A stretch of 64,000 nt of DNA from Octopus vulgaris. Its lineage: Eukaryota. A program made the position numbers and the translations under genes. Below are positions 56,409-64,000 of the stretch, piece by piece. The notes beneath the pieces are model-generated. The model did no database searches, had not been told where the DNA came from, and saw nothing but the letters and a program-made list of their open reading frames with translations. Each line of letters begins with the position of its first letter. Within the stretch, counting starts at the first letter, position 1. The stretch lies in contig OX597824.1 of NCBI GenBank assembly GCA_951406725.2, positions 25,296,001 to 25,360,000 of the forward strand, given 5' to 3'.

Positions 56409-57174
56409 GTATATTAATACTTACATATGAATATACATACAACTATATATTTGTGTGGATATATGTCTCTCTCTCTCTATATATATATATACATCTATAA
56501 TATATATATTATATTACATTATATTATATTAAATCATATCATATATATACATATATATATATGTTGATATATATATCCTGATTCTACTTAACAAAGCACT
56601 GGTGGTGCTGCTACGTTCAAAGACCTGAATCTGGTGCAACGTTAAAAATATTGGTTCTGGGGTCGCGACAAAAAGAAAGCGCTAGTGCTGCTTCCACGTA
56701 AAAAAGAAAAACACTGGTGCTGATTCCACATTAAAAACACAGGTACTGGTGCCAAGGGAAAATAAAGACACTGGTGCTGATTCTACTTAACAAAGTACTG
56801 GTGGTGCTGCTGCGTTAAAAGCCCTGGTGCTGGTGCAACGGTAAAAGTACTGGTGCTACTGACAAGTAAAAAGAAAAACACTGATGTTGATGCCACGTAG
56901 AAAAGCACTGGTGCTGATGCCAGGTAAAAATAGCACTGGTGCTAGTGCCACTTAAAAAGCACCCATTATACACACAGTAAATTAGTTTGCGTTACGAAGC
57001 ATCCAGTAGAAGAAAACATGCCAAAACGGACAAGAGAGCCTAGTAAGGAAACGCGGATTCCAGTGCTTGTCAAGCCATCCAACGCAGGCCAGCCAGAAAA
57101 TCGGACGTTAACTGATGAGGATAAAAAGGATGAAGAAGACGATGATGACGATGGTGATGATAATAATAATGACA

Positions 57175-57249
<75 letters not shown>

Positions 57250-58261
57250 AGTTTAAATCTGCCGGTGTTTTTGTGTAGATTGGTGCAGGCGTAGTGGTAG
57301 AGTGATTTTCCATTGCAAGCCACGTTCGGCAAAGGCAAATGTCCTTCACTATAGCCTCAGGCCCACTAAGGGTTGTCAGTGGATTTGGTAAAAAGGGAAT
57401 CAAACAAGCCTGTCGTATATACATACATACATACATACATACATACATACATACATACATACATACATACATTCATACATATAAATATATATGTGTTTGT
57501 GTATATATATTTATATCTATATATATCTATCTGTTCACACACACACACACATATAAGCATGTGTGTGTATGTATATAATGTATATACATATGCATATATA
57601 ACATGGTGGCTGCCCCCTCGTTATCGTGTATGGCCATTGCACGAAGCTCAATCAATGTTGTTATCGTGCAATGCCTGTGCAAGAAAATTTTTTTAAGTGA
57701 ATAAAGGCTGTGCACTGAGTCAATCCCACACACGAAGCAACAGCAGCCATAATCCGAAAAGAAGAACAAGTCAACATCATCGGTGACCACTGAGCTGCAA
57801 GTTTTATGTCGGAGTTATCCCAGTTACCTGAGTTACCTTCTCCTAGAAGGTTGCCCTAACAAGGGCTAGAAGTCCTTCACTCCCAATGGTTTAACCGCGC
57901 GATCGGCTATTCAGTCCGATTATTTCTATGTTCCCGCGCATGATACAGCCTTAAGACATTTATTAGATGGCCGTTGACTCTCAAGAGTTCCTCCGCCCTT
58001 TGACGGATTTTGTTTTTCATCCCGCAGGGTGTCCAATAAACACCCTCCTCACCAAGCAAATTTGGTGGGGTTGCCGGTTTAGTCACCGACGACCCGACCA
58101 TGCAACAGGTTGTACTGGGTTACATGTTACCAGTAGCACTTGAAAGTGACCTGACATAACATATATATATATACATACATTCAGATATGAGTACAGAACG
58201 TCACCAACGGTGCAGATACCATGAAATACATAAACAACGAGAAAGATATGGAATATATATA

Positions 58262-58354
<93 letters not shown>

Positions 58355-58747
58355 CGAAGGAGTGTATGTGTGGTAAGTAGCCTGCTTATCAACCACATGG
58401 TTCTGGGTTCAGTCCACTGCGTGGCATCTTGAGCAAGAGTTTTCTGCTATAGCCTCAGGCCGACCAAATCCTTTTTAGTGGATTTGATAGACGGAAACTG
58501 AAAGAAGGGTGTCGTTGATATATATATGTGTATATGTTTTTGTGTTTGTATTTGTCCTCCCCACCATCGCTTAAAAACCGATGTTGGTGTGATTCGGTCC
58601 CCGAAACTTAGCGACTCGCCAAAGAGACCGATAGAATAAGTTCTAGGCTTACAATGAATAAGTTGTGGGGTTGATTTGTTCGTCTAAAGGTGGTTCTCCA
58701 ACATGACTGAAAGAAATAATAGAATAAAGATATAAAAGAATGTACAT

Positions 58748-58851
<104 letters not shown>

Positions 58852-58902
58852 TTATATATATATATTCTTATATATATATATGTATTTTTATAACTGTCTA
58901 TG

Positions 58903-58973
<71 letters not shown>

Positions 58974-59006
58974 ACGCATACACACATATATATATACATA
59001 TGTATG

Positions 59007-59064
<58 letters not shown>

Positions 59065-60289
59065 GTATATGTATATGTTTCTTGAAAGTAGTGGTTTTCT
59101 GATTACAACCCTCCCGTGAAATCCGGCTTTGTGCAGCTCCCAGCGAACAGTTTTTGTGGAAACTATGTTCTCGAAGTGGTCATTAAGCTCTGCAGTAATT
59201 TTGGGAGCTGTACTTTTGTGATCCTTTCTAAAAATTCGCGTAAGGGCTCGACGGTCCGTATCTGAAAGTTTTGGTTTTCTTCTGGAGTTTTGTTTCAACG
59301 AGGAGGTTTTTTTCCCTCTTTCTCAAAGGATGTAATTACTTTCGAAACAGTACTTCTTGATACACCAAACATATCAGCTGTTTTCGTTACACTAGCGTCT
59401 GCCATACGAGCACGGACAATTTGGCCTCTTTGAAAGTTCGATAGATCGTGTCATTGTAATGAATTTTAATTAACTTTTTCTGATGATATCTGAAAAGAAA
59501 CAGCAATTTTAGCAGAACATGTTAAGCAACACTAATAATAAATTAAAAAAGACATAAAAATGAACAAGCTTTTCAAGGTTTTATAGACATTTCAAAATTA
59601 TGATTCTATGATGCTAGGCGTTTCCTTTATTTTGTCCAACCCCGATATATGTCATATCAAATCCCACTTCGGTCGTGAATGACCATATGATTCCACCTAG
59701 AGAGTTCCTCTCCGAGGGACAAATCCAAGCAAGGGTGTTTATGGAAGACCTGAAGTCGCTCATGCATATCAGCCTCTCGTCTTCACGTCACCGATGTTAT
59801 CCGAGAGAAAGACAAAGACTGATGAAGCTTGACACCTGTGACGTCACAACTCATTTGTTCAGCTGAAGGACCGGGAAATGAACTCTCTACCACATGATTG
59901 TGAGCCCGACAACAGATACATTCATTCAACCAGTATTGACTGTATACGCACGTGTACGAACATGAAATCGAACATATACATTCAGTATATAATAGCATTA
60001 GATAAATATATGGCGGCGGCGGTGGTAATCTCCCTTCCTTTTCTCGTGCCTATTGTTTCTGCTGTTTCAAACTCTTTTTGTTCGTGTTGTTGCTTATGTT
60101 GCGTGTTTGTTGATGTGTCCATTGTTGCTTCCTGTTTTAGTGGTTGTTAATGCGGCTGTAGTCGCGTTGTTGTTGTTGTCTTTGATTATCTTAGGTTCTA
60201 TGTGCGTTTATGTAGATAGGTATGCATATGTATGTGTACATAATCACACACACACACACAGATATATATATGTATATATCTACATATAC

Positions 60290-60380
<91 letters not shown>

Positions 60381-60499
60381 TACATATGTATATATATATA
60401 TGTGTGTGTATATAGTGTTTTTGTTGTCTTTGATTATCTTAGGTTCTCTTTGACAGACGAATTTGAAGTCATTGTTGATGCTGTATCAGTTGTTGTTGT

Positions 60500-60840
60500 T
60501 GTTATTGATGATAATGATGATGATGATGATGATGATGTTGATGATGACGACGATAATGGCAATGGTGATGGTAATGATAAAGATTGATGAGAACAGATGA
60601 CGATAATGATGCTGATGATGATAACAGCGACGATGTTCGTGACGATGAGTTTGACGATTTTGACGATGACGATAAACGATGATGATAAAATGATGATGAT
60701 GATCAAGAGGAGAATGATAATAATAATGACGTGGACGATCATGGTGATAACGATAGGGTTGACGATGAAGGTGATGATGATGATAATTATGACGATCATG
60801 ATGATAATTAGGACGATCATGATGATAATTATGACGATCA

Positions 60841-60872
<32 letters not shown>

Positions 60873-60927
60873 ATAGTGGTGGTAACGAGGGAGAGGGAGA
60901 GAAGTTGAACAGTAATGGTAGTGATGA

Positions 60928-60998
<71 letters not shown>

Positions 60999-61006
60999 CG
61001 ATGATA

Positions 61007-61080
<74 letters not shown>

Positions 61081-61265
61081 GATGACGATGGTGCTGATAA
61101 TGCTGACGATGGTAGTGAGGAAAATTGTGGGGATAACGATGATAGTGGTGGTGGTGGTGGTCGTCGTCGTGGGGGAATGATGGTGATGATGATAATGATG
61201 ATGATGATGGTGATAATAACGATAATGACGTTGCTGTTGTTGCTGTTGTTGTTGTTGTTGATCAT
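60500..61265. repeat. (GAT)n-rich trinucleotide low-complexity tract
   Basis: Directly visible. It accounts for the poly-S/M/D/H ORFs. Confidence 0.95.
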
Positions 61266-61484
61266 CTGATAATGCTGTGAACGTAATAGTAGTTGTTAAT
61301 GTTCATTTTGTTAGTGTTGCTCTTTAAGATGGTGAATGGCGGCGGCGTCACGAGAGTTTTGTTTTCCTTCCTTGAAATAAACTTTAAACTTTATAATAGT
61401 AATGCGGCTATGATTGTATGTATGCCTGTATATATGACTGATCTTCTTATGAACCTTCTCTATATATATAATACATACATACAT

Positions 61485-61535
<51 letters not shown>

Positions 61536-61626
61536 GGTTAAGTAATTGAGATTCTAGTGAATTCTAAAGAATTCACATGAATATGGTCCTTAACTAGGAT
61601 GCACCGGAAATCTATATTTTTTTTTC

Positions 61627-61684
<58 letters not shown>

Positions 61685-61929
61685 TTATATATATGTAAAG
61701 ATAAATATATTAAGTATATACTATCTGGATGTGTGTGTGTATATATATGGATATATATATATGTGTGTGAATGTGTTATACAGATGTCCCATAAGCAAGG
61801 TAACATATAGGGATTAATATAATAATACTAAGTGACACATCTTCTATGCTGCACTCTATATAATATATTACTATGTATAAGGCTGAAAATACAAGTGCGT
61901 GTATGTATGTAGGTATACATATATGCATA

Positions 61930-61979
<50 letters not shown>

Positions 61980-62271
61980 TATTTACATATGTAGATATAT
62001 ATGTATATATATATATGTTTATATGTGTCTATAAATATATATGTGCACATATATACATATATTTGTATATATATGTTTATATATGCATATGTATTTATAT
62101 ATGTATGTATATATATATATACACATATATCAACATATATATATATGTATATATATGATTTAATATAATATAATGTAATATAATATATATATTATAGATG
62201 TATATATATATATATATATATATATAGACATATATCCACACAAATATATAGTTGTATGTATATTCATATGT

Positions 62272-62320
<49 letters not shown>

Positions 62321-62324
<4 letters not shown>

Positions 62325-63315
62325 CGTAAAAGGTGAAAAAAACTACAGAATACTTAAATGTTAAAAAATATATATATTTGCGTCAATATGTCTGAAGAAT
62401 ATTAAAAAAAATTTTTTTTTTTTTTTTTCTCTTATAATGACATAATTACGAAGAAAGACCGGTTTCGCATTTAGCTTTTCAAATTTCTTGCGACGTTATG
62501 TTTATGATGCATAGAGTTGTTCAGGAGAGTTCTAAATAGGGGGAGGTAGTGAGTGATTTCTTCCGGTGTAAGGGAGATAATCGCTTAAAAATTTTTTCTT
62601 TCTTTCCCTTGGTGTGAATTTCTCAGTATGTTCGGATGGTTGAGTTTGGGCTTGTACTTTTCAATGAAGAATGTTTCTTTGTTTAATCTAATTTGTGTTG
62701 ATGATCCGATAGCACATTGGTAAAATGGAAAGATTAAAAATTGTGGCAGTCGTTGCTTTGCGCATTTCTTAATGTGCTCACTAAAAGGTATCATTCTGTA
62801 CTCTGGGAATGCAATCTGTTGTCGATGCAGTGTGCATCTACGTCTGAGTGATAGTCCCGTGGACCCCACGTAGTCTTGATGGCAGCCCGAGCATTTTATG
62901 ACATAAATTATGTTTTCAGAGGCACAAGTAAAGTTAGATTTGATCTTGAATTTCTGTCCCTCTTTAAAGAGGAATTCTGATCCTTCTAGCAGGTTTGGAC
63001 ATGTTGCACAGTTCGATCTGCCACATTTTTTTACTGTTGCATCCGTAATTTCAGAAGACAATTTTGCCTTTGTGAGAATCTTTTTAAGTGATTTTGGTTG
63101 TTTGTAGCTTTTAATGATTTGGTGAATGTTTAGAATTTCCTTTAATTTGGGGTCTTTATGAAGTATTGGTAAATTCTGGGTGATGATGGTGAAGGCTTCT
63201 TTGTTTCTGGGGTTGTATGTAGATATGTAAGGTAGTATTTTCGGGGAGGGTGTGTTGTTGTGTTGAACTTTTCTTAAAGTTTCTATGTTGATTTCTGTTG
63301 CACGTCTGATCCCAT

Positions 63316-63317
<2 letters not shown>
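62321..63317 (-). mobile_element. 5'-truncated Penelope-like element with intact GIY-YIG endonuclease, inserted in (TA)n
   Basis: Frame is open from 63316 to the stop at 62585: LPYISTYNP...CGRSNCATC...IIYVIKCSGCHQDYVGSTG...KYKPKLN. (TA)n flanks both sides. Confidence 0.92.
62451..62489 (-). ncRNA. Minimal hammerhead-like motif (U3-A8 variant) in the 3' UTR of a Penelope-like element
   Basis: Minus strand reads AAGAAA-T-TTGAAAA-GC-taaat-GC-GAAA-CCGGTC-TTTCTT, about 100 nt after the GIY-YIG stop codon. One extra nt lies between stem I and the core. Confidence 0.55.
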
Positions 63318-63380
<63 letters not shown>

Positions 63381-63690
63381 ACTTGTGTATTCACAAATAC
63401 ACACATATATATAGGAACGGAAGCAAATATAGAAATATGAATATCTTTGTGTGTTTCATGTGCGTGTGTTTGTGTGTAAGTCAAATAAGTGTGTATGTGT
63501 TTTGTGTGTGTGTGTGTGGTTCTGTATCTGTGTGCAAGCAAATACACATACAATTGTTTCTTTGTTTGGCTTCCCACTAAATTTAATCTTTCGTTATTCG
63601 AAAGTGAAATACTTAGACAGCTTAACAATAAACATGTCTCCATCTTTGGACAGTTTTGTAAGCAATGGAGGAGATAGCTGGCTAGAAAGA

Positions 63691-63728
<38 letters not shown>

Positions 63729-64000
63729 TATATATAGATATATAGATTCAAAAATGAGAGACTGATAAACCAAAGAAGAGAAAGATATAGAAGCTATTGA
63801 GCGTGGTAAAAATTGTAAAGGGGTGAGCAAACCATGACATAGATTTATATAAATTGACCGATAGACGAATGAATGTATAAATAATGTTTGGATGTGCTGT
63901 ACTGGAGTTCTAGCGTAACTAGCAGCTAAAAGAAACCGAATACCACCTTATTATTTTGGAGGAGTGAAATTGCGTGGCTGAGTTGTTAAGGCGATGTACT

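Noticed and set aside
60486-61265. 259-aa poly-Ser/His ORF
   Set aside because: (GAT)n repeat translation with no splice or domain support.
63300-63320. IGWDQT as the GWG motif of the missing protease exon
   Set aside because: It is an alternative frame of the Penelope ORF abutting (TA)n.

Overview
This is AT-rich, microsatellite-saturated animal genomic DNA. The SINE families and (TA)n/(TG)n/(TATG)n load resemble an octopus or other coleoid cephalopod genome (inference from recognition, not a search). Almost all ORFs in the track are microsatellite or transposon noise. Two host coding signals stand out, both on the minus strand. (1) A two-exon gene, 6202-5869 joined to 1974-1919, encodes a 129-aa secreted protein with 10 Cys and Spaetzle/neurotrophin-like cystine-knot spacing; its second exon is invisible in the ORF track. 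(2) An isolated S1 (chymotrypsin-like) serine-protease exon lies at 25627-25494. The rest is mobile DNA: Penelope-like retroelements (RT + GIY-YIG) and their terminal fragments carrying at least five type I hammerhead-ribozyme motifs, tRNA-derived SINEs (including dimers and chimeras), mariner/Tc1, Helitron, piggyBac, CR1/L2 and L1-like remnants, and an 8-bp-TSD MITE carrying (TTAGGG)n. A 393-bp-arm palindrome sits in the intron of the cystine-knot gene. A ~26.8-kb tandem array of ~4.2-kb units (about 6.2 copies) fills 33.35-60.18 kb.
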